A stretch of 64,000 bases of DNA, from contig JBHPGW010000005.1 in NCBI GenBank assembly GCA_042569785.1, forward strand, positions 3,347 through 67,346, written 5' to 3'. Shown piece by piece: positions 44,947 to 55,330 of the stretch. The position numbers and the translations under genes were made by a program. The notes below the pieces were generated by a model, which saw only the letters and a program-made list of their open reading frames with translations, did not search any database and was not told the origin of the DNA. Source of the DNA: Planctomycetota bacterium. Its GTDB lineage: Bacteria > Planctomycetota > Phycisphaerae > Sedimentisphaerales > Anaerobacaceae. How positions within the stretch are numbered: the first letter of the stretch is position 1; each line of letters starts with the position of its first letter.

Positions 44947-45852
44947 TTAACTGTTTGCGATTTCTTTTTTACGTGCGCATATTCCAAGCACATCGTGTAA
45001 TGAAAAATAAAATCGTTTATTTTCAACAAACTTGAACACTTTCCTGATGGAAGCAGCAGCTCTATGGGAGTAGCTGGTTGGGCTCAAATAAAAGTTGGTC
45101 AAGCGGTCAAAAACGTAAGAGAGACTATAGTATCTCCCCCAGTACTGTATACCCAGAATCTCAAAGCCAAAACTATTTAAGATTTTAATTATATTTGTCT
45201 TGTTAAAAATATGCAGATGCTGAATAGGATGTAAATGATACCAATGTTTGCCTAATAAGCGAGCCGTCATGCTTGACAGATCAGGTGTGGTTAGCAAAAA
45301 TAGTCCTCCGGGCTTTAATGCATCAGTGACATTTTTTAGGGCAATCTCCCATGAGGGTAAATGTTCGATGACATCCCACATTGTTATCACATCATATTGT
45401 CCCTTATAGGTATCCGGCAGATCCTCTATTGACGCCACAGTATTATTTACAGAGAGATTTCTTTTTGACCATTCGACAGCATAAGGACTGATCTCGATTC
45501 CCTGAGATTCAAATTTTTCTTCTGCAACTTTGAGAAAGTATCCAGAGTTTGCGCCTATATCAAGAAGTTTCCCTTTTCTGTGATAGCTGTTTATCCAATC
45601 TAATTTCAAACGCATCGATTTAATATTACAATCATCAGTATAATATTTTTCATTCCCTTCGATGCGAAAAAATGTTCCATTAACATAATTGCCTCTTGTT
45701 GTCTCTAATATTGTGTTGTTCAGTAACACATATACATGCCGGCACAAGCTACATCGATAGTAGGTCCTTTCAAACTTACTTAACCATGGAGATGCCGATG
45801 AATTATGGCAAACAGGGCAGAAGCTTTTTGCTGTTTTGTCTTTTGTTCTCAT
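44947..45852 (-). CDS. Class I SAM-dependent methyltransferase with N-terminal zinc ribbon
   Basis: CPVCHN...CSLCRH, then LLDIGANSGYFL and DVITMWDVIEHL. Confidence 0.65.
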   Translation of the reverse strand: MRTKDKTAKSFCPVCHNSSASPWLSKFERTYYRCSLCRHVYVLLNNTILETTRGNYVNGTFFRIEGNEKYYTDDCNIKSMRLKLDWINSYHRKGKLLDIGANSGYFLKVAEEKFESQGIEISPYAVEWSKRNLSVNNTVASIEDLPDTYKGQYDVITMWDVIEHLPSWEIALKNVTDALKPGGLFLLTTPDLSSMTARLLGKHWYHLHPIQHLHIFNKTNIIKILNSFGFEILGIQYWGRYYSLSYVFDRLTNFYLSPTSYSHRAAASIRKVFKFVENKRFYFSLHDVLGICARKKEIANS

Positions 45853-45928
45853 TTAGAGCAACTGTGTGCAAATTACAATTTATGTCCAACGAAACTTCGG
45901 AAAACCACTTTTTCTGCTGAATTAAGGT

Positions 45929-46915
45929 TCATCGATAGATATTGCGAATATAATAGATTTTATGTTCGGTCGAATGGTGGTAAATTCGACTCAATATTTC
46001 ACCAATGATGCCAAAGCAAAGAAATATTACTCCCATTAGCATTAATAGTACCGAAAAAAGCAGGATGTTCTGGTGTCCCTGAAAACTTTCCATTCTACCT
46101 GCAAAAAACATCACTAACATCACTGATGGTATAGCTGCTCCTGCTGTGATCAAGAAAAAAGCCATAAAGCCAAATAAAAACATAGGGCGAGCCAGGTATG
46201 CTATAAAAAAGTGCAGGAAAATAATGTCAGCAAGAACCCTGAGCACTCTGCCTAAACCGTAGTGAGATTTTCCTGTCAAGCGAGGCGGATTTTCTATTGG
46301 AACCTCACAAACGCGGGCTCCAACTTTCGATGCCAGAACCGGTATAAAACGGTGGTTTTCGCCGAACATTTCGATGTTATTAAGCAATTCCCTGCGATAT
46401 GCTTTGAATGTCGTACCAAAATCGTGAATTGGTAAACCACAAATTAATTTTAACAACCAATTAGCTACCTTTGAGGGTATTCTTCGCACCCAAAAGTTGT
46501 CACTTCGACTAACTCGCCAACCGCTTACTAAGTCATATCCGTCATCGATCTTTTTCAGGAACTCCGGGATTTTTTCCGGACAGTGCTGCAGGTCCCCGTC
46601 CATCGTTATAATAATATCACCTTCTGCAGTATCTATCCCTGCCTTTAAGGCAGGTGTCTGGCCAAAGTTTTTTCTTAGTTCGACAACAATTACCATATCA
46701 TCGTCGGCTTGTATCTTTTTGGCAAGACTTAAAGTATTGTCAATGCTGCCATCATCGACAAATATAATTTGATAAGTTCGATTAGAGTCATTCATAACCG
46801 CCTTCAAGCGGCCATAAATCTCATCTACACTGGATTGTTCATTGTGAAAGGGAACTACAATAGAAACATCACATTTTGTATTCGTATCGATCTTCTGCAT
46901 AATTAACCATTTCAA
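45929..46915 (-). CDS. GT2 polyprenyl-phosphate glycosyltransferase (ArnC/GtrB/DPM1-like) with C-terminal TM helices
   Basis: VSIVVPFHNEQSSV, FVDDGSIDNT and ITMDGDLQH, plus two C-terminal helices. The track start is a TTG; an alternative ATG is at 46900. Confidence 0.8.
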   Translation of the reverse strand: MKWLIMQKIDTNTKCDVSIVVPFHNEQSSVDEIYGRLKAVMNDSNRTYQIIFVDDGSIDNTLSLAKKIQADDDMVIVVELRKNFGQTPALKAGIDTAEGDIIITMDGDLQHCPEKIPEFLKKIDDGYDLVSGWRVSRSDNFWVRRIPSKVANWLLKLICGLPIHDFGTTFKAYRRELLNNIEMFGENHRFIPVLASKVGARVCEVPIENPPRLTGKSHYGLGRVLRVLADIIFLHFFIAYLARPMFLFGFMAFFLITAGAAIPSVMLVMFFAGRMESFQGHQNILLFSVLLMLMGVIFLCFGIIGEILSRIYHHSTEHKIYYIRNIYR

Positions 46916-46992
46916 TCCGTTAAAAAATACAAGCTATACTTGAATCTTGTCATTGCCCCTATTAACAGGAAATCGGCCTATGGCTAAACTGT

Positions 46993-48489
46993 TTAAAGTG
47001 ACATATCCTGACTGGTCCTCAATCTGGGGAATCTATCCATGACCATCTGAAATACAAAAGATGCGAGAAAGGCCAACGGCATATAATAGAGTACTAAGGC
47101 GCCAAAGTAATATCGCATGCCGGCTGCGGTTGTAATAAACAGGCCTGTAAAAATAGCGGGAATAAAGAAAAGGTACATTTTTAACTCCCTATATTTTCTA
47201 AAACGGATAGCGACCGCTATAAAAACAAACAATGAAATCCTGAAAACAAACCGTAACAACGAATTTATTGCACCTGAGTCAGACTGAAAGATAGAATTAT
47301 TTATGTAGTTGCATTCCCAGAACAATCGTTTAATTCTTAGCAAAAGTATTTTTGCGTACCAGAAAGGATGTTTGCAAATTGTAAGCAATGCTTTGTTTCG
47401 CAGGATGGCATCATATCCCTCATCGGTCGTTTTAATTCCCGGTTTTACAGAATCAGCATATTGTATTGCATTTGAATCAAGCCATTTGAAACCTTTGTCC
47501 TGACCGAAGTCACCCAGTCCGCAATATACTCCATGCCAGGGCAAATGGTAAGCACCTTCGTAATTTTCTGGTGTGTCAGGCTTTTGGTATTTAGCATGAT
47601 AATGATTGCGAAGGTGCAGAACAGCTTTGCCGAAAACAAAATATGGTACTATCAAAATGAGCAAGGTCAACCCAGTACGGATCAGCCTTTTGCGTTTTGG
47701 GACATCGCCATAAATTAAAACAAAAGCCAATATAGATAACGACATGAAAATTATACTGGATCGGACAGTCAAAAAAATGAAAAATACGATCCCTGCAGAA
47801 ATAACCCTGAACCAAAACTCTTTCTCAGAGATAGGGGTGTTGATTATTATTGGCATAAGGGGGCAAAAGATCAAAATCGAGCCTATTAAAGGATAGCCCC
47901 ATCCTGTAAATGAAAAATAGTACAAATGTCCCATAAACCGCGTACATCCGGCGAGAAGTATACTTAGTAGTAGTCCGGTTATAAACATTTTCCTTTGGGC
48001 AAAACAATGGAACAGAAGCAGTAACGCAAACAGGAATATCCCTGTATTCAGTAATCTCACCCCTATCGGGAAAAAGTGGCCATGCAATATCGAGACGAAC
48101 CAAATTATAAATACCATTCCCAAATCACAGAAAGCGGGCCAAATAGAATAGTCTTCGTTTGTATAACTTCCAGCGTTCTTTTTTGCCTCATCGGCATGGT
48201 ATGGACTATCTTTGGTCGGGAACACGTAGTCCGCATCTTGCTCACAATGATCTAATATCGGTTTTATTTGTATGGGAAAGATTCCGTAATAGTATAAGGA
48301 GTAGGCTAATGAGATATTGTATGATTGCAGAAATGGGTCTTTATATTCCTGCGGATATAAATGCCTGATCGAAATTGATGTAGTTTTATTAACAGTTGCA
48401 AACAATACACAGGCAATAATGCACAGGCAAAATAGGTATTTAAATTTAGTCAGTGAACACTTCTGATGGTTTGCGGAGGCAGTTGGCAT
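46993..48489 (-). CDS. Polytopic membrane protein, possible GT-C-like glycosyltransferase/polymerase
   Basis: 498 aa with many hydrophobic helices. It is adjacent to the GT2 polyprenyl-P glycosyltransferase. No specific motif recognised. Confidence 0.4.
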   Translation of the reverse strand: MPTASANHQKCSLTKFKYLFCLCIIACVLFATVNKTTSISIRHLYPQEYKDPFLQSYNISLAYSLYYYGIFPIQIKPILDHCEQDADYVFPTKDSPYHADEAKKNAGSYTNEDYSIWPAFCDLGMVFIIWFVSILHGHFFPIGVRLLNTGIFLFALLLLFHCFAQRKMFITGLLLSILLAGCTRFMGHLYYFSFTGWGYPLIGSILIFCPLMPIIINTPISEKEFWFRVISAGIVFFIFLTVRSSIIFMSLSILAFVLIYGDVPKRKRLIRTGLTLLILIVPYFVFGKAVLHLRNHYHAKYQKPDTPENYEGAYHLPWHGVYCGLGDFGQDKGFKWLDSNAIQYADSVKPGIKTTDEGYDAILRNKALLTICKHPFWYAKILLLRIKRLFWECNYINNSIFQSDSGAINSLLRFVFRISLFVFIAVAIRFRKYRELKMYLFFIPAIFTGLFITTAAGMRYYFGALVLYYMPLAFLASFVFQMVMDRFPRLRTSQDMSL

Positions 48490-48573
48490 AGTGAACTCCC
48501 ATTTAATAATTATTGTGCAAATATTTTTTTGTTATTCCCACCAAGGCTGATATCAGGTTTTTTGCTGCAGAAA

Positions 48574-49554
48574 CTATTCAGGTTCCAGATGAATTCTCCA
48601 CGAATTATTTGTTCGCATTGTCAACTCTACCAGTTTACACTGTGAATCGTTTACCCATTTCATTACATCATCATGTGATGCATAAAAGGCTAAATTGGGA
48701 GCAAGCTGGTCATAAACAACATTGACAAGGTCCACAAAACGCAATTTTCGGATGATACCAAGATACTCTAACAGAGGCAATTTCCAATTCAGCTTTTTAA
48801 AAATGGGATTGGTGATGCAGGCATGTAAATATACAGGGACAGCTAACAGGTAAGAAATTACAAGTAAAACACTGTGTGGCAATAACGGACATATTTTTCG
48901 CAAAGGCTTAACCAAACGCAAATACAACTCATTGCCTTCCTTTGAATAAATCCATATTGTCATACGGCCACCAGTTTTTACCGTTTTAATCCCTGTTGTT
49001 ATTCCCTTGGCCGGTTCAGGTAAATGATGTATTACTCCAAGGCTCGCCGTCAAATCAAAAACTCTTTTTACTGGAGGTTTAAGAATATCGGCTTGTATGA
49101 TCTCAACATTTTTATATTTCCGAGTGCGATTGACGGCCTGTTCTACACTGGTGGAAAGGTCTATTCCAACGACCAATTCGGCACCGCATTCGGCAAAGCG
49201 TTCAAGCCACCGGCCTCCCCCGCAACCCAATTCAATAACTTTTTTTCCTTTTATGGTCTCCTCATTCACAGGATGCATAAATTCAAAAAGCAATTCTTTT
49301 GAGTTTATGTGTTTCTTGAAATCATCGAAATGCTCCCATTCTTTACCGAAAGCCCGAACTGTCTGGCTTTTGTTGCTTACTTCAGATGATTTTGTAAACC
49401 GCGGCACTCCATTTGTAATCGGGTACTCATTGCCAGCGGGACTTCTGAGAGTCCCCTCTAAGATGTCACCTGTCTCATCCTGAGTCTTAATTTCCAGAGT
49501 TAAGTCTTCTCCTGTTTCAGGGCAGCAAAGTATTGGCAATAGTATTTTTCGCAT
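48574..49554 (-). CDS. Trm112-like zinc-ribbon N-terminus fused to class I SAM methyltransferase
   Basis: LLPILCCPETGEDL...YPITNGVPRF (Trm112-like), then VIELGCGGGRW and DLTASLGVIHHL. Confidence 0.65.
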   Translation of the reverse strand: MRKILLPILCCPETGEDLTLEIKTQDETGDILEGTLRSPAGNEYPITNGVPRFTKSSEVSNKSQTVRAFGKEWEHFDDFKKHINSKELLFEFMHPVNEETIKGKKVIELGCGGGRWLERFAECGAELVVGIDLSTSVEQAVNRTRKYKNVEIIQADILKPPVKRVFDLTASLGVIHHLPEPAKGITTGIKTVKTGGRMTIWIYSKEGNELYLRLVKPLRKICPLLPHSVLLVISYLLAVPVYLHACITNPIFKKLNWKLPLLEYLGIIRKLRFVDLVNVVYDQLAPNLAFYASHDDVMKWVNDSQCKLVELTMRTNNSWRIHLEPE

Positions 49555-49614
49555 ATTATCCTAACGCTTCATTCAAAACAATAGAGTTTTCGGTGCGAGA
49601 ATTTAGTACAAAAT

Positions 49615-50781
49615 TTAATCATATCTGGCGGCTAACTCTGTCATATCTTTTTTGCTCTTTTTGATTATTTCCACCTTAGCGATGCTTTGTTTTTTTCGTA
49701 TAGTAACATCTTCAAAGACTTGCTTAAATTCTTTTTTGGCTTTTTGATATTCGGATTGGCTGCCTATGTCAAGCCAGTATTCTCTCAAGGGAAATCCACG
49801 AACTGCGATATTTCTTTTTACTAACTCTTCGATCAGGTCTGTCATACTGTACTTTTGATTTTTTGGGATATATTTTGAAATACAAGGATCCATAACATAT
49901 ATTCCAGCATTTACAAAAAACTTTTTCACTGGTTTTTCATTAATTCCTATAATTTTACAATCATTTATGCCAACAACTCCATATGGAACCTGGAAATCAT
50001 ATTTATACAAACTGGTAGTTAACTTATCGCCATGGTTTAGATGATAATTAATCAGATTTGCAAAGCTGACCTTTGTCAGTACGTCTCCATTAAGAATCAA
50101 ACAAGGTTCCGCGATTTTTTCTATCAATGCGATTGGTCCTGCAGTGCCAAGCTTTATGGGCTCTTCTATATATTTGATATTTAGACCAAAATTACTACCA
50201 TCACCAAAATGTTCCTTTATTTGATCTCCTCGGTAGTTCAATGATATGTAAATATTTCTAAAGCCCTGGGATCGTAACCGCCTTACAGTAATTTCGAGCA
50301 GCGGTCGGCCATTGATATAAACCATCGGTTTCGGTGTTGACTTGGTGGTGGGCATGAGCCTTTTGCCCATTCCGCCTGCCAGGATTATCACAGGATTCGA
50401 ATAAATCGTACCTGCCAATCTTGTCTTTTCTATCGTGACGATATGGCCGCCATCATCGAGAACAGGTATTATTTGTTTGGCGAAATGCTTCTTCTTTATT
50501 GCCAAGATTTCCTGCTCTGTTGAGTGGATGGATATTGTGATCGGTTTCTTGTTCATGAAATGCTCTATTGTTCGGTTCATCAGCCCAATGTTTAAAAGGG
50601 CATCTCTAAGGTCAATATCATTAAAAACCCCAATGAGCCTTTCCTCGTCATCTATTATGAACAATATGCTAAGGCCACCATCGTCCATTACTTCCAGCGC
50701 ATCGACCAACATGCAGTTTTTTTTTACTGAAACATGTCTAAAGCAGCCACTCATATTGATCTCCGCGGTAAATGTATACAA
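49615..50781 (-). CDS. CBS-domain pair plus sugar-phosphate nucleotidyltransferase
   Basis: N-terminal CBS-like repeats are followed by PVIILAGGMGKRLMPTTKSTPKPMVYINGRPLLE (the G-x-G-t-R-L signature). Confidence 0.75.
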   Translation of the reverse strand: MYTFTAEINMSGCFRHVSVKKNCMLVDALEVMDDGGLSILFIIDDEERLIGVFNDIDLRDALLNIGLMNRTIEHFMNKKPITISIHSTEQEILAIKKKHFAKQIIPVLDDGGHIVTIEKTRLAGTIYSNPVIILAGGMGKRLMPTTKSTPKPMVYINGRPLLEITVRRLRSQGFRNIYISLNYRGDQIKEHFGDGSNFGLNIKYIEEPIKLGTAGPIALIEKIAEPCLILNGDVLTKVSFANLINYHLNHGDKLTTSLYKYDFQVPYGVVGINDCKIIGINEKPVKKFFVNAGIYVMDPCISKYIPKNQKYSMTDLIEELVKRNIAVRGFPLREYWLDIGSQSEYQKAKKEFKQVFEDVTIRKKQSIAKVEIIKKSKKDMTELAARYD

Positions 50782-50855
50782 GCCATCTTGATTGCTATCA
50801 CCTTATTTAGGGTTGTTGCCATATAATATTTATTCTGAACTAGTTCGGAAGTATA

Positions 50856-51488
50856 TCATAATGCTGTCATCCTAACAACCTCAAAAGCTTCGGCCCATCG
50901 AACCGAACATTGAAGTCCGTATAAGCTATTGGTGGATTCGATGAAGCGTATCCAATCCTGCCCTCGTCTGGAAAATTCGCCCTCATACGCCTTAAGGGCC
51001 TTTATCTTTAATTCAAAAGTCCTGCTGATGTCCCTGTAATAAGCCGGATTGAACGCAATGGTCCCCTTGTACCAATTGCTTTGATATGTCAAAATACTCG
51101 GTACATGCCTGCAAGCTGCAATAGTTGCTCTTGCGACATTGCAGTGATCCAAATGAGCATCCCCACCCCAATGGGAATATACCAAATCAGGCTCAAAGTT
51201 ATCTATTATTTTCCTGATCCCAAGAACAAGAGATTCGTCAAAGGTAACGTCGTTTGTTTTGAAGCCAAGAGTAGTGGTTTTTTCCACTCCAAGAATTGTT
51301 GCGGCAACTTCGTTTTCCTCTTTGGCTTTACTCGATGAGCGGACTTCTTGGCCGTCACTGCCGCAAAAACCTGATTCGCTGACAATGACCGTATGCACCG
51401 AGTCATTATTTTGCGAATGTACCAAGAGAGAACCGCCACAGCCGGTTTCGATGTCATCATGATGAGCACCTATAGCGAGAACTTTCAT
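50856..51488 (-). CDS. PIG-L/LmbE-family N-deacetylase
   Basis: MKVLAIGAHHDDIETGCGGSL and HLDHCNVA (the zinc-binding H-x-D-H pattern). Confidence 0.8.
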   Translation of the reverse strand: MKVLAIGAHHDDIETGCGGSLLVHSQNNDSVHTVIVSESGFCGSDGQEVRSSSKAKEENEVAATILGVEKTTTLGFKTNDVTFDESLVLGIRKIIDNFEPDLVYSHWGGDAHLDHCNVARATIAACRHVPSILTYQSNWYKGTIAFNPAYYRDISRTFELKIKALKAYEGEFSRRGQDWIRFIESTNSLYGLQCSVRWAEAFEVVRMTAL

Positions 51489-51558
51489 AATAAAATACCT
51501 TTATCAATTATAAAATCAGTAATATTCCATATAATGTTATTCGTCACAACGACTGAAT

Positions 51559-53229
51559 TTACCAAGATTCAGGTATTTTATCCTTCATGATGCAGTCGCA
51601 CAAGTGGTCTAAATAATAATTTTTCCCGGGCAGAAGATCGTCTAAAGAATCGATATTGTATTTTTCAAAGTTTGCATTCGAATGAACCGTGTCAGTAATG
51701 TTAAAGGGGATGCATCTTTTTATAAAATAATAATAGCAGAAAAGCTCAAAATTGTCCTTGTCATGTATAGTATCACAATTAACATTTTTCAATATTTGCT
51801 TATACTCTTCAACAGTAGACGGCTCATAACAGAAATTCAACCCGCTGTACTGGCTTTTTCCTACCACTGCTACCGGAATATCCTGAGATAACAGTTCCAC
51901 GCCGAGTGTGCTGTTGAAAACAATGCCGATATCTATATATGGAAAGAGCTTATATGTATGAACTTTCATTTCAGGAGGTATCGGAATAATGTTTTCAGGC
52001 AGGACAGGATACTGTTCATATACATAATCCAAGAGGCCTTTAGCTGAAGGATTGCCGAATTTTTCAACAAAATGGGGTTTTATATATAACACGCAGTTGG
52101 GGTCGTTTTTTATCAAGTCTATTGTTGACAGCACCCAGTCTATAGTATTTGCAAACAAAGACCCGGTTTTATTCAATCCTGCGTCCCAGAATAAATTGGA
52201 AAACAGGAATATGTTGTGTTTTTTTATGTTGATATTAAGTTTCTTTGCCAAATTCCCCTCGTCATCAAAACAATTATGAATTTTATGGAAATCGTGGTTA
52301 CATTTAAACCTTTCGTCAAGCCATTTTTGTAATTCATTTTTTTCTTCTTCATTTAATAATTTTTTTTCTCTTGTTCTTGCATAATTGTGGAATCGGTCAT
52401 TTGAAAAATATGTGTCACTCTCATTTATCAAAAATGCCTTATAGTTATGCCCTGTCAGATTAAGTGTAATTTGCTTGCACGAATCAATCTTCTCGAAATA
52501 TCTGTAAAATGGGCCACCGATCGAGTAAACATACATTTGACCAAGCACAATATCTGGTTCATAAATTTGCTGTAGCCGCATGGCAGTTTCCGTACATATC
52601 AGAGCCGTTTCTAAATGTTGCCTCCTTAGTATATTCAGTTCCTCTTGGGTCTGTGGTTCACCGCCTAAACAGTGCCTGGTTATCGATTCATCTACGATAA
52701 AAATCAACTCTACTCCATTGTAAAAATATGATTTCGGATAATTTGTCGCAATGTCACAAGCGAGTTCACCTAATTTTTTAATTCTGTCATCACTTACAAG
52801 CTCTCTTATTTCAACCGTTTCCATATCAAACAGGGGTATAAAGTCATTGCTGGTGAGCGAACATTCTCTGCAAACATTAGCTTTACAGCGTGCTTTGAGC
52901 AGGTTGGCCCGGTTGCGAATATTATGGCGTTCGCAGGCATTTAAAGTTCCGTTGCAATACAGAAAAATCACCCTGGCACCTCTGAGTTCCAGTGCCTTGG
53001 CAACTATTAAAATCGTATACAGCGTATAGTGTTCTGTTTCGACCCAGGGGATTAATATGGTGGGCCCCGATGCATGAGTCTTTGGTTTAGAACTTAGAGC
53101 TAATTGTTTTCTTACGTTGCGGGCAACCTCATGAATATTTCTTTTTCTTCGAAGGTAATGATAATAAGGAATCAGATTGTCATTAGCGATTTCAACCTTC
53201 TTTATCGCATCTTTGATCTTACGAATCAT
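51559..53229 (-). CDS. Hypothetical protein; possibly capsule-biosynthesis (KpsS/KpsC-like) family (tentative)
   Basis: 556 aa. IFLFSNLFWDAGL...CVLYIKPHFVEKF loosely recalls Capsule_synth proteins. Weak. Confidence 0.3.
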   Translation of the reverse strand: MIRKIKDAIKKVEIANDNLIPYYHYLRRKRNIHEVARNVRKQLALSSKPKTHASGPTILIPWVETEHYTLYTILIVAKALELRGARVIFLYCNGTLNACERHNIRNRANLLKARCKANVCRECSLTSNDFIPLFDMETVEIRELVSDDRIKKLGELACDIATNYPKSYFYNGVELIFIVDESITRHCLGGEPQTQEELNILRRQHLETALICTETAMRLQQIYEPDIVLGQMYVYSIGGPFYRYFEKIDSCKQITLNLTGHNYKAFLINESDTYFSNDRFHNYARTREKKLLNEEEKNELQKWLDERFKCNHDFHKIHNCFDDEGNLAKKLNINIKKHNIFLFSNLFWDAGLNKTGSLFANTIDWVLSTIDLIKNDPNCVLYIKPHFVEKFGNPSAKGLLDYVYEQYPVLPENIIPIPPEMKVHTYKLFPYIDIGIVFNSTLGVELLSQDIPVAVVGKSQYSGLNFCYEPSTVEEYKQILKNVNCDTIHDKDNFELFCYYYFIKRCIPFNITDTVHSNANFEKYNIDSLDDLLPGKNYYLDHLCDCIMKDKIPESW

Positions 53230-53256
53230 TTTTGAGAGTCCGGTTATGATGGATAA

Positions 53257-54240
53257 CTATTTAATATTTATGTGGTCATAATACTGGTAGCACGTTGAAC
53301 ATCTCGTTAGACTGCCATGCATATTATAGTCCAATAGTGTTCTTATAGACTTGAGCTTTTCGCTGTTATCCCATATATCTTTCAGGGAAGAGCTTTCTAT
53401 ATGGCCTACCGTAAGTTGGGCATCGTAATCACCGCAACAACAGCTTATCTTGCCATCCCAATCAACAGAAAGTTTTCTGTAAATTTCGCCGCAGGGTCGG
53501 TAATGTTTTATTAGAGTTTCCTTTTTTTGGAGGGCTTTTATTTTTTCTTTGGCTTGGGATGATTTGACCTTGTCTAAGGAAAACATAGATAAGTTGGTTT
53601 TTCCGATCCCGACAGAATCAACTATGTTGCTCCAGTAATTTGCAAACGAATCGATTTGTTCCTTAGTTTCATCTGTCATTGTGCTTGATATATGGATATA
53701 TGGCTTTTCTTTATTACCACGTACTTCGATCAGTTTTAAAATGTTTTCACTTAACCTGTCATAATCGGGATTATTACGCATCTCCTGATATCGCTCTTTC
53801 GTTGCTCCTTGAAACGAAAATTTTATTGAATCAAGCTGCATATCCACCATCGAATCAATATCCGATTGTTTAAGAAGCAAGCCATTTGTAGTCACATGAC
53901 ATATCAGTCCCTTGGATTTAATATAAGAGCAAAAATCGATTATGTTTTTGTGCAAGAACGGCTCACCCCATCTAATTAGCCGAATGGCTGCATTATATTC
54001 ACAGCATTCATCGATTACCTTTTTAAAATGTTCTTCGGAGAGATATCCTTTCTGTCGTGTCATGACTGACTGTCCACAGAAAGAACATTGAAGATTGCAA
54101 TAATTGGTCAGTTCAATATCAACGAGCAATGGGAAAGAGAGGCCTTTTTCTTTGTAATCTGAGGCATTGACATATTCATCGCAATCGTAAACATTACGAA
54201 AGACATTGTGGCGTTTTGAATTGGGATTATTAAAGTTCAT
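53257..54240 (-). CDS. Radical SAM enzyme with SPASM/twitch-like C-terminal domain
   Basis: LTNYCNLQCSFCG (CX3CX2C). The C-terminal region is CGEIYRKLSVDWDGKISCCCGD...RCSTC. Confidence 0.7.
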   Translation of the reverse strand: MNFNNPNSKRHNVFRNVYDCDEYVNASDYKEKGLSFPLLVDIELTNYCNLQCSFCGQSVMTRQKGYLSEEHFKKVIDECCEYNAAIRLIRWGEPFLHKNIIDFCSYIKSKGLICHVTTNGLLLKQSDIDSMVDMQLDSIKFSFQGATKERYQEMRNNPDYDRLSENILKLIEVRGNKEKPYIHISSTMTDETKEQIDSFANYWSNIVDSVGIGKTNLSMFSLDKVKSSQAKEKIKALQKKETLIKHYRPCGEIYRKLSVDWDGKISCCCGDYDAQLTVGHIESSSLKDIWDNSEKLKSIRTLLDYNMHGSLTRCSTCYQYYDHINIK

Positions 54241-54264
54241 ATAATTGTTATCTCAAATAGCAGA

Positions 54265-55284
54265 TTAAGTAAGGCCATAAGAGTTTATCATACATTTTTT
54301 ACAGCCGGGTATTTTGTCTAAATCCCCTTGTTTGAGAGTCGACCGCAGATCTTTCATTTTATGTGAATTCCACATTTCATAAATAGACGACTTAGACACA
54401 TTGCCTATTTTGGGACCATACACCATTGAGCAGCAGGCGTGCACATCTCCATTGCCTCTGATATAAACACGTTCGAATGGTTGACTGCATTTTATATTCT
54501 CGATAGAACTTTTGCCCGCTCCCATCTTTTCCCAGGATCGTTCTTGGGTAAATTCATGAGGCTTATATCTTTGGATTGATACATAATCAGCCACAGTTTT
54601 CCAGAAACCCACAAATTCTTTCAGTTCACTGTCATTTGCCGACAGGTGCACACAGCTGACTCGAACGATAGGGAATTGGGATTTCATTTTGTCTCGAAGT
54701 TTGATGAAATTAATGATATTCTCTTTTACTTTCTCGTAGCGGGCACCTATCCTGATGCTCTCGTAAGTTTTTGCAGTTGCTCCATCAAAACCTATTCGCA
54801 GCCTGGTTAAACCAGTCTCAATCAAATTTCTTGACGTTTCTTCGGTCAACAGAGTTGCGTTGGTATTTATCATGGTATCAACAAAGCCGGATTTATCTGC
54901 AATGTCAATCATATCTGCAATACGAGTATCAAGAAGTGGTTCACTCGTACCTCCAACGGTCAGAGAGGGGCAACTATATTTAGAACCTTCAGCAATAATC
55001 TCCTTAAATTTATCTAAACCGAGCACTCCATCGTAACCATATTTAGTCTTGCCTGGAGCCGAATGGATGCACATAATACATTTCAGGTTGCACCTGAACA
55101 TTGTCTCAAAAACAAGAAAAAGCGGAAAGTCAATATCCTTCTGCATAGTTGAGGCTTGAGCCCATCGCTTGCGATAAGCTTTGAATGCATCGCCTTTAAG
55201 CGACCCGATATAATCGTTAATATCTCCGTAGCGGCTATAGTCCTGAACTTTCGCTTCATCACTGGTTATTATTTTATCCATCAT
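54265..55284 (-). CDS. Radical SAM enzyme with SPASM/twitch-like C-terminal domain
   Basis: FRCNLKCIMCIH (CX3CX2C). The C-terminal region is KCSQPFERVYIRGNGDVHACCS...GCKKC. Confidence 0.7.
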   Translation of the reverse strand: MMDKIITSDEAKVQDYSRYGDINDYIGSLKGDAFKAYRKRWAQASTMQKDIDFPLFLVFETMFRCNLKCIMCIHSAPGKTKYGYDGVLGLDKFKEIIAEGSKYSCPSLTVGGTSEPLLDTRIADMIDIADKSGFVDTMINTNATLLTEETSRNLIETGLTRLRIGFDGATAKTYESIRIGARYEKVKENIINFIKLRDKMKSQFPIVRVSCVHLSANDSELKEFVGFWKTVADYVSIQRYKPHEFTQERSWEKMGAGKSSIENIKCSQPFERVYIRGNGDVHACCSMVYGPKIGNVSKSSIYEMWNSHKMKDLRSTLKQGDLDKIPGCKKCMINSYGLT

Positions 55285-55330
55285 TAAGCTGTCTCTATAT
55301 TTAGGATTAGCTTCAAATTATTGGCTTAAC

